NCBI RefSeq assembly: GCF_029945685.1 | Contig: NZ_JAQSDA010000020.1 | Span: 238,044 to 302,043, forward strand | Source: Polaromonas sp. | GTDB lineage: Bacteria > Pseudomonadota > Gammaproteobacteria > Burkholderiales > Burkholderiaceae_C | DNA: 64,000 nt | Reading direction: 5' to 3' | Shown: in pieces, positions 51,815 to 63,199 of the stretch | Position numbering within the stretch: position 1 is the stretch's first letter | How the letters are laid out: every line of letters begins with the position of its first letter | The notes under the pieces: model-generated | The model's input: the letters and a program-made list of their open reading frames with translations, nothing else | Told to the model about the DNA's origin: nothing | The model's database searches: none | Position numbers and translations under genes: made by a program

Positions 51815-53338
51815 TCAGCTCGCCGCGAGGTTTTTATAGACACCGCAGCCCACAAACACATCGTCTACCTGCTGGACAAAAGACATCTTGGTCTGGACCT
51901 TGCCCGTCATCGGGTGGGTGATGCCGTACTCCACCCAGCCCGGCCCGTCGCTGGCCTGGTCAATGATGGACTGGAGCAATTGCCCGCCGTCGATGCCGGG
52001 GATGTCCTGCACCCGCGTGCCGACCTTGGACGGGTTGCCGCCGAAGGCGAGGTAGCGGCCGTGGCTGTCGAGTGCAAAAACATACATGTCGCGGTCGTGA
52101 AACCCCCTGGCGGGCAGCGTGAGGTCGCGCAGGAAGGCCTCTTTCGACCTGTGCTGGCGGTGCGCCACGGCACGCGCCACCAGGGCCACTGCTTCTTCGG
52201 CCGACCCCTGCTGCAGCTTGAACGAGGCCACCGACTGCACCAGCGTGCCGGCCCGCGCCTCCAGGTTGACGGCCTGGCTGACCGCGCGCTCCACCATCCG
52301 GGCATTGCTCTGGGTGATCTCATCGAGCTGGTGCACGGCCGAGGTGATTTCAGTCAGGCCCGTGCTCTGCTCGGCGCTGGAGGCCGATATCTGCGACATG
52401 TTGGCCGCCACGTCGCGGATGCCCGAAACGATCTGGTTCATGTTGATACCCGCCGCACGGATTTTTTCCGCACTGGCCGCCACCTGGCCCGACGACACAC
52501 CGATCAGCTGGCGGATTTCCCGGGCCGAGTTGGCCGAGCGTTGCGCCAGCGAGCGCACCTCGCTGGCCACCACCGCAAAGCCGCGGCCCGACTCGCCGGC
52601 ACGCGCCGCCTCCACGGCCGCGTTGAGAGCCAGGATGTTGGTCTGGAACGCCAGCCCGTCGATCACCCCGACAATGTCGCCCATGCGTTTGGCGCTGCCC
52701 TGCACGGCTTCCACCGACTCGATGGCCTGGGCCATGGCCGTCGCGCCCTGGTCGGCCACATCCCGCGCCTGGGCGGCCCGGGTGCTGGCCTGACTGGCCA
52801 TGCCGGCATTGGCCTGAACCGTGGCCGACAGCTGTTCCACGCTGGCCGCCGTTTCCTCAAGGTTGGCCGCCTGCCGCCCGGTGCGGTCCGACAGGTCCCG
52901 GTTGCCCATGGCCATGCTTTGGCCCGAATGGGCCACAAAAGCGGCGTTGCTGCGTACATTGGCCACCATGCCGGACAGGGTGCGGCCCAACTCGCCCATG
53001 GCCTGGGCCAGCTGGCCGGCCTCGTCGGGACCGCGTCTCGCCAGATCCAGGCGCAAATCGCCGGCCACCAGCTGCCGGCTCGCCAGGATCACCTGCTGCA
53101 GATCCTGCGCAAGGCTACGGTGAAAAGCCAGCAAAAAATACAGCAACAGCAGCAGCCCCACACTGCCGGTGGCAAGCACGCCGCCCGGGCTGCCGAAGCC
53201 GCCGCTGCCCGACAGGCCCTGCAGCGCCAGCAGCAGCAGCGGTAAGGCCGCCACAAACCCAAGCAGGGCCAGCTTGCCGGCCAGACGCAGCCGGCGCAGC
53301 AAGCAGGTGGCGGGAGAAAGCAGCTTGCCAAATATCAT
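51815..53338 (-). CDS. Methyl-accepting chemotaxis protein with C-terminal sCache-like domain
   Basis: From the ATG at 53338 (GGAGAA upstream). Order is a TM hairpin, HAMP, the MA signalling domain ([35 protein letters not shown]), then a ~140-aa Cache-like C-terminus. Confidence 0.88.
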   Translation of the reverse strand: MIFGKLLSPATCLLRRLRLAGKLALLGFVAALPLLLLALQGLSGSGGFGSPGGVLATGSVGLLLLLYFLLAFHRSLAQDLQQVILASRQLVAGDLRLDLARRGPDEAGQLAQAMGELGRTLSGMVANVRSNAAFVAHSGQSMAMGNRDLSDRTGRQAANLEETAASVEQLSATVQANAGMASQASTRAAQARDVADQGATAMAQAIESVEAVQGSAKRMGDIVGVIDGLAFQTNILALNAAVEAARAGESGRGFAVVASEVRSLAQRSANSAREIRQLIGVSSGQVAASAEKIRAAGINMNQIVSGIRDVAANMSQISASSAEQSTGLTEITSAVHQLDEITQSNARMVERAVSQAVNLEARAGTLVQSVASFKLQQGSAEEAVALVARAVAHRQHRSKEAFLRDLTLPARGFHDRDMYVFALDSHGRYLAFGGNPSKVGTRVQDIPGIDGGQLLQSIIDQASDGPGWVEYGITHPMTGKVQTKMSFVQQVDDVFVGCGVYKNLAAS

Positions 53339-53593
53339 GAGGATTCTCCGGAGTCGCGGCATGGAAACCGGCCTGGGGTGGCGGTGCGCGGGCCCGGGGA
53401 CTGGCGCCAGGGACCTGCGTGGCACACACCCGCACGGCCGTGCGTACACAGGGAACCGCCAGCAAGCATTGCCCGACAGCCAGCCAGTACCGGCCCGGTT
53501 ACAGTGCTGCACCAACGGATCAGGGTGCTCTCACTTAACGGCTGCGGAGCCTGGAAACTGAAGCCGGGTTATCCCGAAGGGCGCGTTTTCTTT

Positions 53594-54087
<494 letters not shown>

Positions 54088-54091
<4 letters not shown>

Positions 54092-54369
54092 GAGGCTGCG
54101 GCCGCTCGGCGGCCGACCCGGTAAATCACGCCATGGGGGCCGGCACATTCCAGGTGGGGCGTTCCTGCCGCCAGCCGGAAAACCTCGCCCGCGGCATAGG
54201 TGGTGGAAACACCTGCCACCACGAGCGTGATCTGCCCGTCGGTCACCAGGGCGCAGGCATCAAACGGATGCACGTGTTCACCCAGCTGGTAACCGGCCGG
54301 CCTGTCAACGTCGGTGATCTCTCTGAAGTGTTCGGTTTTCAGCAAGGCTTCAAAGGTTTGAGGGTTCAT
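54088..54369 (-). CDS. Cupin-domain protein
   Basis: 93 aa. G.H.H..(n)..G-type cupin motifs (GEHVHPFDA..., ..[14 protein letters not shown]). ATGA overlap with the epimerase gene. Confidence 0.6.
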
Positions 54370-54387
54370 GGCGTGTCCCGGTTCAGC

Positions 54388-56511
54388 TCAGACAAACTCG
54401 ACAATTGGCTGGTCCACGCTGAGCGACTCGCCCCTGGCAGCCAGCACCTTGCCGACCACGCCGTCGGCGGTGGCAAACAGCACGTTCTCCATCTTCATGG
54501 CCTCGATCACCGCCACGCGTTCGCCGGCCTGAACCTTCTGGCCGGGCTGCACCGCGACCTCCACCAGCAGTCCTGGCATGGGCGAGAGCACAAAGCGGCT
54601 CATGTCCGGCGGCGCCTTGTAAGGCATCAATGCGTGAAGCTTCGCCGCGCGAGGCGTGAGAACCATCGCATCGAGCCGCGTGCCGTTGTGCGCTATACGG
54701 ATCGCCATGGGATTGCGGCCCACGCCACGCTCAACCTGCGCGGCGAACGGTTCGCCATTGACCGTGCCGCGGATGCGGGCCCCGCCCAGATGCCAGTTGC
54801 TACATATTTCATAGCTGCCGGCGCCCGTCTCCACTCGGCTGGAGCCCGATTTTGCTTGATAGTCCCGCACCATGGCCGCCTGGGCGGTGTTGTTGCCCCC
54901 GGCGCCCAGGTTGACCACCACAAACTCCTCGCCGACCGTCACGCCGTGCCCGGGCATCTGGCCGCTGATACCCGCAGCACGACCCAGCATACGGCGGTTC
55001 ACATAAGCGGCCAGCGCCACCAGAAAGTCCGGGTCGTCATGCGGCACGTCTTCGGCGCGGAAACCCTGGGCGTAGTTTTCGGCGATGAAGCCGGTGTTGA
55101 AGTCGCCGGCGACAAATTTGGGGTGCGCCAGCAGCGCCGCCTGGAAGGGGATGTTGCTGGACACGCCGCGAATCACAAAGCTGTTCAGGGCCTCGCGCAT
55201 CTTCGCGATCGCGTCCCGGCGGTCGGTGCCGTGAACAATGAGCTTGGCAATCATCGAGTCGTAAAACATCGGGATCTCGCCGCCGTCCTGCACGCCGGTA
55301 TCCACGCGCACGCCGTAGAAGCCACCCTCACCCCTGCCCTCTCCCAGAGGGAGAGGGGGCGATTCACTCCCTCTCCTCTCGGGAGAGGGCTGGGGTGAGG
55401 GCTCCCCCGCCGCAAACATGGTTTCCTTCGGCGGCTGGAAGCGCACCAGCCGGCCGGTGGACGGCAGGAAATTGCGGAACGGGTCTTCAGCATTGATGCG
55501 GCATTCGATGGCCCAGCCATTGCGCTGCACGTCCTTCTGCGCCAGCGGCAGCTTCTCGCCGGCTGCCACGCGGATCATCAGCTCGACCAGGTCCAGGCCG
55601 GTGATGCATTCCGTCACCGGATGCTCGACCTGCAGCCGGGTGTTCATCTCGAGGAAGTAAAAACTCTGGTCCTTGCCGACCACAAACTCCACGGTGCCGG
55701 CACTTTCGTATCTGACGGCTTTCGCCAGCGCGACGGCCTGCTCACCCATGGCCTTGCGTGTGGCCTCGCTGATGAAGGGCGACGGCGCCTCTTCGATCAC
55801 CTTCTGGTGGCGGCGCTGGATGGAGCATTCACGCTCGTTGAGGTAAATCACGTTGCCCTGGCTGTCGCCGATCAGCTGGATCTCGATGTGGCGCGGCTCC
55901 TCGACAAATTTTTCGATGAATACACGGTCGTCGCCAAAACTGTTGCGGGCTTCGTTGCGGCAGGAGGTGAAGCCCTCGAAGGCCTCCTTGTCATTGAAGG
56001 CCACGCGCAGGCCCTTGCCGCCACCGCCGGCACTGGCCTTGATCATCACCGGGTAACCAATACCCTGGGCAATCTCGACCGCTTCCTCGGCAGTCTCGAT
56101 CGCGTCATTGACACCGGGAATGCAGTTGACACCGGCTGCGCCGGCCAGTTTTTTCGACTCGATCTTGTCGCCCATCGCGGCGATCGAATAATGCTTGGGG
56201 CCGATGAACACCAGGCCCTCTTCTTCCACGCGTTTGGCAAAGCCGGCGTTTTCGCTGAGGAAGCCGTAGCCCGGGTGAATCGCCTGCGCGCCGGTCTGTT
56301 TGGCCGCCGCAATGATCTTGTCGGCCTGCAAATAGCTGTCGCGGCTGGGCGCGGGACCAATGTGAACCGCCTCGTCGGCCAGCTCCACATGGCGCGCGTC
56401 CTTGTCGGCGTCGGAGTACACCGCGACGGTTTTGATGCCCATCTTGCGGGCGGTGAGGATGACGCGGCAGGCGATTTCGCCCCGATTTGCTATCAGTATC
56501 TTTTCAAACAT
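54388..56511 (-). CDS. pccA: Propionyl-CoA (acyl-CoA) carboxylase alpha subunit: biotin carboxylase + BCCP
   Basis: MFEKILIANRGEIACRV.. from the ATG at 56511 (GGAGAAGG upstream). ATP-grasp domain and C-terminal biotinyl motif EAMKMEN. Carries an in-frame palindromic insertion (see repeat 55325-55401). Confidence 0.92.
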   Translation of the reverse strand: MFEKILIANRGEIACRVILTARKMGIKTVAVYSDADKDARHVELADEAVHIGPAPSRDSYLQADKIIAAAKQTGAQAIHPGYGFLSENAGFAKRVEEEGLVFIGPKHYSIAAMGDKIESKKLAGAAGVNCIPGVNDAIETAEEAVEIAQGIGYPVMIKASAGGGGKGLRVAFNDKEAFEGFTSCRNEARNSFGDDRVFIEKFVEEPRHIEIQLIGDSQGNVIYLNERECSIQRRHQKVIEEAPSPFISEATRKAMGEQAVALAKAVRYESAGTVEFVVGKDQSFYFLEMNTRLQVEHPVTECITGLDLVELMIRVAAGEKLPLAQKDVQRNGWAIECRINAEDPFRNFLPSTGRLVRFQPPKETMFAAGEPSPQPSPERRGSESPPLPLGEGRGEGGFYGVRVDTGVQDGGEIPMFYDSMIAKLIVHGTDRRDAIAKMREALNSFVIRGVSSNIPFQAALLAHPKFVAGDFNTGFIAENYAQGFRAEDVPHDDPDFLVALAAYVNRRMLGRAAGISGQMPGHGVTVGEEFVVVNLGAGGNNTAQAAMVRDYQAKSGSSRVETGAGSYEICSNWHLGGARIRGTVNGEPFAAQVERGVGRNPMAIRIAHNGTRLDAMVLTPRAAKLHALMPYKAPPDMSRFVLSPMPGLLVEVAVQPGQKVQAGERVAVIEAMKMENVLFATADGVVGKVLAARGESLSVDQPIVEFV
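54799..54815 (+). repeat. 17-bp RCTMY-N7-ATAGC motif copy
   Basis: GCTACATATTTCATAGC, inside pccA (SYEICS). Confidence 0.6.
55325..55401. repeat. 77-bp nested palindromic (REP-like) element inside the pccA ORF
   Basis: The outer arms CCCTCACCCCTGCCCTCTCCC and GGGAGAGGGCTGGGGTGAGGG are 20/21 complementary. An inner imperfect palindrome lies around GGCGATTCAC. Confidence 0.85.
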
Positions 56512-56632
56512 ACGCCTTCTCCATCGGGGTGAAATCGCCTGCATGCACTTCGTGCATCAGGCGATGTAGCTGTGCTGCTGCGCCGCTTCGCGGCTGGTCG
56601 CCCCGATTTGCGATCAGTATTTTGTCAAACAT
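56504..56632 (-). other. 42-codon upstream ORF beginning with a duplicate of the pccA 5' end
   Basis: GGAG, 8 nt, then ATGTTTGACAAAATACTGATCGCAAATCGGGGCGA. This is 32/35 identical to the real pccA start. It terminates at a TGA overlapping the pccA ATG (T-ATG-TTTGA). Confidence 0.3.
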
Positions 56633-56654
56633 AAGCGTTGCTCCATGACAGGTT

Positions 56655-56746
56655 TTCAAGCGGGGGCCGCGGAACCGGCTTAGCCGGGCCGCAGGCGCCG
56701 CCCCGGAGGGGGGATCCGGCTACACGGAGTGAGCCGAGAAGGGGGG
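56655..56746 (+). repeat. REP1 GC-rich intergenic repeat, copy D (most diverged)
   Basis: TTCAAGCGGGGGCCGCGGAACCGGCTTAGCCGGGCCGCAGGCGCCGCCCCGGAGGGGGG...GAAGGGGGG. It ends 3 nt from the pccB stop codon (56750). Confidence 0.7.
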
Positions 56747-56749
56747 AAC

Positions 56750-58282
56750 TCATAAGGGAATATTCCCGTGTTTGCGCCACGGATTCTCAAGCTTCTTGTC
56801 TTTCAGCATCACCAGCGAGCGGCAGATGCGCTTGCGGGTTTCATGCGGCAGGATCACGTCGTCGATGAAGCCGCGCGCGCCAGCCACAAAGGGATTGGCA
56901 AACCGCGCCTTGTACTCGGCCTCTTTCGCAGCCAGCTTGACCGGGTCCTTGCGGTCTTCGCGGAAGATGATCTCGACCGCCCCCTTGGCGCCCATCACGG
57001 CGATCTCGGCGTTGGGCCAGGCAAAATTGACATCGCCGCGCAGGTGTTTGGAGCTCATCACGTCATAGGCGCCGCCGTAGGCCTTGCGCGTGATCACGGT
57101 GATTTTCGGCACCGTGCATTCGGCGTACGCATACAGCAGCTTGGCGCCGTGTTTGATGATGCCGCCGTACTCCTGGCTGGTGCCGGGCATGAAGCCGGGC
57201 ACGTCGACAAAGGTGATGACCGGAATGTTGAAGGCATCGCAGAAACGCACAAAACGCGCCGCCTTGATCGAGCTCTTGATATCCAGGCAGCCCGCCAGCA
57301 CCAGCGGCTGGTTGGCGACGATGCCGACGCTCTGGCCTTCCATGCGCGCAAAACCGATGATGATGTTTTTTGCGTACTCGGGCTGCAGCTCGAAGAAGTC
57401 GCCGTCGTCCACCGTCTTGGTGATCAGCTCCTTCATGTCGTAAGGCTTGTTCGGGTTCTCGGGCACCAGGGTGTCCAGGCTCAGGTCCATGCGGCCGGCC
57501 GGGTCGGCGCTGGGGCGGATAGGCGCCTTCTCGCGATTGTTCAACGGCAGGTAGTTGTAGAGCCGGCGCAGCATCAGGAGCGCCTCGACATCGTTTTCAA
57601 ACGCCAGGTCGGCCACGCCGCTGCGCGTGGTGTGGGTGGTGGCGCCGCCGAGCTCCTCGGCGGTGACTTCCTCGTGCGTCACGGTTTTCACGACCTCGGG
57701 GCCGGTGACAAACATGTAGCTGCTGTCCTTGACCATGAAGATGAAGTCCGTCATGGCCGGCGAATACACCGCGCCGCCGGCGCAGGGGCCCATGACCATG
57801 CTGATCTGCGGCACCACGCCCGAGGCCATGACGTTGCGCTGGAACACATCGGCATAACCGCCGAGCGACGCCACGCCTTCCTGGATGCGGGCGCCGCCCG
57901 AATCATTGAGGCCGATGACCGGGGCGCCGACCTTCATGGCCTGGTCCATCACCTTGCAGATTTTCTCGGCATGGGCCTCGCTGAGGGCGCCGCCAAACAC
58001 CGTGAAGTCCTGGCTGAAGACAAACACCAGTCGGCCGTTGATCATGCCGTAGCCGGTCACCACGCCGTCGCCAGGGACCTTGTTGTCAGCCATGCCGAAG
58101 TCGGTGCAACGGTGCTCTACAAACATGTCCCATTCTTCGAACGTGCCTTCGTCGAGCAGCAGCTCCAGCCGCTCGCGCGCCGTGAGTTTTCCTTTGCCGT
58201 GCTGGGCATCGATGCGTTTCTGCCCCCCGCCCAGGCGGGCTGCGGCGCGTTTTGTTTCGAGTTGTTCAAGAATGTCTTGCAT
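56750..58282 (-). CDS. pccB: Propionyl-CoA carboxylase beta (carboxyltransferase) subunit
   Basis: 510 aa. Typical PccB/methylmalonyl-CoA carboxyltransferase sequence ([31 protein letters not shown]). Confidence 0.94.
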   Translation of the reverse strand: MQDILEQLETKRAAARLGGGQKRIDAQHGKGKLTARERLELLLDEGTFEEWDMFVEHRCTDFGMADNKVPGDGVVTGYGMINGRLVFVFSQDFTVFGGALSEAHAEKICKVMDQAMKVGAPVIGLNDSGGARIQEGVASLGGYADVFQRNVMASGVVPQISMVMGPCAGGAVYSPAMTDFIFMVKDSSYMFVTGPEVVKTVTHEEVTAEELGGATTHTTRSGVADLAFENDVEALLMLRRLYNYLPLNNREKAPIRPSADPAGRMDLSLDTLVPENPNKPYDMKELITKTVDDGDFFELQPEYAKNIIIGFARMEGQSVGIVANQPLVLAGCLDIKSSIKAARFVRFCDAFNIPVITFVDVPGFMPGTSQEYGGIIKHGAKLLYAYAECTVPKITVITRKAYGGAYDVMSSKHLRGDVNFAWPNAEIAVMGAKGAVEIIFREDRKDPVKLAAKEAEYKARFANPFVAGARGFIDDVILPHETRKRICRSLVMLKDKKLENPWRKHGNIPL

Positions 58283-58298
58283 GGTTCGCTTTCTGTAT

Positions 58299-58315
58299 GC
58301 TCTCTATTTAATAGC
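58299..58315 (+). repeat. 17-bp RCTMY-N7-ATAGC motif copy
   Basis: GCTCTCTATTTAATAGC, spanning the meaB stop codon (..AAIK-TAG). Confidence 0.6.
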
Positions 58316-59349
58316 TGCTGGCGCACGCCCTGATTGGGCTGCAAGCAGATTTCTTGCTGCGGTGGAGGCCGGGATGCGGCCACTTTCGACATCGGCCACC
58401 AGGGTGGGCAACAAGGCGCTGACCGCCGGGTCCTGCCGAAAGGCCTGCTTGAGCCCCGCATCGAGACGCTCCCACATCCAGGCCAGCGACTGGTGCCGGC
58501 GGCGTTCGGCCAGCCGGCCGTTGGCGGTCTGAATGTTTTTGAACTGCGTCACCGCTGCCCAGAAGTCATCGACCCCCTGCTTGTGCAGCGCGCTGAGCTG
58601 GATCACCTGCGGGTGCCAGAAGGAGTCGTAGGCCGCGGTCTGCGCCTCACCTCCGTGATTCGCCATCGCGTTGTTGACCAGCCCGAACAGGCGCATGGCC
58701 GAAGCAATTTGTGCCTGCGCACGCATGGCGGCATCGGCATCGATGTCAGCCTTGTTGATGACGACCAGGTCGGCCAGCTCCATGACGCCCTTCTTGATCG
58801 CCTGCAGGTCGTCGCCGGCATTGGGCAGCTGCATCAACACAAACATGTCGGTCATGTTGGCCACGGCGGTTTCGCTTTGGCCCACACCGACGGTTTCGAC
58901 GATCACCACGTCGTAACCGGCCGCTTCGCAGACCAGCATGGCCTCGCGCGTTTTTTCCGCCACGCCGCCCAGCGTGCCGCTGGACGGACTGGGCCGGATG
59001 TAGGCGCGTTCGTGGACCGAAAGATGTTCCATGCGCGTCTTGTCGCCGAGGATGGAGCCGCCCGACACACTCGACGAGGGGTCAATGGTCAGCACCGCCA
59101 CGCGATGGCCCTGCGCGATCAGGTAAAGGCCCAGCACTTCGATGAAGGTAGATTTGCCGACACCGGGCACGCCGCTGATGCCCAAGCGGAAGGCCTTGCC
59201 GGTGTGGGGCAACAAGGCCGTCAGCAACTCGTCGCCCTGGGCGCGGTGGTCAGTGCGTGTGGATTCGAGCAGGGTGATGGCTTTGGCGATGGCACGGCGC
59301 TGCGCGGCGGCGTCGCCGCGCAGAACCTCATCCACCAGTTCGCCGGAAG

Positions 59350-59353
<4 letters not shown>
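58304..59353 (-). CDS. meaB: Methylmalonyl-CoA mutase-associated G-protein chaperone MeaB/ArgK
   Basis: 349 aa. [10 protein letters not shown]-loop, [17 protein letters not shown] overlap with the mutase gene. Confidence 0.93.
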
Positions 59354-61518
<2,165 letters not shown>

Positions 61519-61659
61519 GGCGCGTGTTTCGATGGGTTTGCGCAGCTAGGCTGCCGATTTCGCCAGTTTACATTATTTATAATTATTGATGCAGAATTTA
61601 GTTTCGGATAAGATCGCGCTGTCCAGCCCTCTGGCTGCAATCGACTCCTTACCACGACC

Positions 61660-62295
61660 ATGGCCGCTGTTTCACTGACCCCCCGCGCACTTTACGAAGA
61701 GGTGGCGGAGCTTTTGCGCCAGCGTATTTTCAGCCGCGAACTGGCGCCGGGCAGCTGGATCGACGAGCTCAAGCTGGCCGAAGAATACGGCATCAGCCGC
61801 ACGCCGCTGCGTGAAGCCCTCAAAGTGCTCGCCACCGAAGGCCTGGTGACCATGAAGGTGCGGCGCGGCGCCTACGTCACCGAGGTGTCCGAACGCGACC
61901 TGGCCGATGTCTACCACCTGCTGTCGCTGCTGGAAAGCGACGCCGCGGGCGTGGTGGCGAGCCAGGCCACCGAGGCCCAGCTGCAGGAACTGCAAACCCT
62001 GCACCGCGAGCTCGAGAAAGCCGTGACCAACCGCGAGCGCTTCTTCCAGATCAACGAAACCTTCCACATGCGCCTGCTGGAGATCGCCAACAACCGCTGG
62101 CGCGACCAGATGGTGGCCGACCTGCGCAAGGTCATGAAGCTGAACCGCCACAACTCATTGCTCAAAAGCGGCCGTATCGAAGAGTCACTGGCCGAACACC
62201 GCGCCATCATGGCGGCGCTGACCGCACGCGATGCCGATGCCACCGTGCAGCGCATGCGGGAACACTTCAGGAACGGGCTGGAAGCGGCGGCTTGA
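61660..62295 (+). CDS. GntR-family (FadR/FCD subfamily) transcriptional regulator
   Basis: 211 aa. wHTH EYGISRTPLREALKVLATEGLV plus an all-helical FCD domain. Divergent from the mutase operon. Confidence 0.88.
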   Translation: MAAVSLTPRALYEEVAELLRQRIFSRELAPGSWIDELKLAEEYGISRTPLREALKVLATEGLVTMKVRRGAYVTEVSERDLADVYHLLSLLESDAAGVVASQATEAQLQELQTLHRELEKAVTNRERFFQINETFHMRLLEIANNRWRDQMVADLRKVMKLNRHNSLLKSGRIEESLAEHRAIMAALTARDADATVQRMREHFRNGLEAAA

Positions 62296-63199
62296 CAGGC
62301 TGTTTGATCGGCCGCGTGACCAGAAACACCCCCGGCAGGATCAGCAGCGCGCCGACCGCATGGTGCCAGCCCGGCGGTTCACCCAGCAACCAGGCCGCCC
62401 CCGCTGCGTAAAGCGGGCCCAGGTACAGCGCCACGGCCACCCGGCTGGCCCCGAGGATTTTCTGCGCCCAGCCGTAGATCCAGTAAGCACCCACGCCGGG
62501 AATCAGCGCGGCCACCACCATCAGCAACAAGGCCTGTCCACCCAGGATGTCCGCGCCGGGCCGCGTCGCCTCCCACAGCGCCGGCGGCAGCAGGACCAGG
62601 GTGCCGCCAATACAGATGGCGGCCAGCCGCGCCGTCGCGCTCAGGGAACTGGGCCACCTTTTCTGCAGCAGCGCATAAGCGGCCCAGGACACCGTGGCCG
62701 CCAGGATCCAGGCATCCCCTGCCACAAAAGACACGTCGGCCAGGGCCGTCCAGCGTCCCTTGACGACCACGTGCACCACGCCCGTCAGCGCCAGCAGCAC
62801 ACCGGCGGCCTGCCGCGCGCCGAAACCCTCGCCCAGCCACCACATCGCCCCGAGGGCGATCAGCACCGGCGAGGCTGAATAGATCAGCGCAATGTTCATG
62901 GCCCCGGTGGAGCGCGCCCCTTCATACACCCAGGCACCGCAAACCAGCATGCCCAGGAAACCGAGCACCAGATATTGCCGCCAGGCGCGCATGATTGCAG
63001 CGCGTTGCACCCAGAGTTCAGCCCGGGTCAGCACAATGAGGATCAGCGCAGCCAGGGCCCAGCGGCCCAGCGCCAGCATGTAGGGGCCGATCACGCCCGG
63101 CGCCTTGCGCGCCACGATGTAGTTGACGGCCCAGAGTGCGGGCACCAGCCACAGCAGGAGCAGCGCCCGGCGCGTCTCGCGTTGCGCGGAATCAAACAT
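62267..63199 (-). CDS. DMT-superfamily (EamA-like) transporter
   Basis: 310 aa from the ATG at 63199. About ten hydrophobic helices in two EamA-like halves. Confidence 0.8.
   Translation of the reverse strand: MFDSAQRETRRALLLLWLVPALWAVNYIVARKAPGVIGPYMLALGRWALAALILIVLTRAELWVQRAAIMRAWRQYLVLGFLGMLVCGAWVYEGARSTGAMNIALIYSASPVLIALGAMWWLGEGFGARQAAGVLLALTGVVHVVVKGRWTALADVSFVAGDAWILAATVSWAAYALLQKRWPSSLSATARLAAICIGGTLVLLPPALWEATRPGADILGGQALLLMVVAALIPGVGAYWIYGWAQKILGASRVAVALYLGPLYAAGAAWLLGEPPGWHHAVGALLILPGVFLVTRPIKQPVKPPLPARS

Noticed and set aside
53425-53440. TGGCAC-containing sequence resembling a sigma-54 -24 element upstream of the MCP gene.
   Set aside because: It is on the wrong strand for the minus-strand MCP gene. 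It also lacks a correctly spaced TTGC -12 element.
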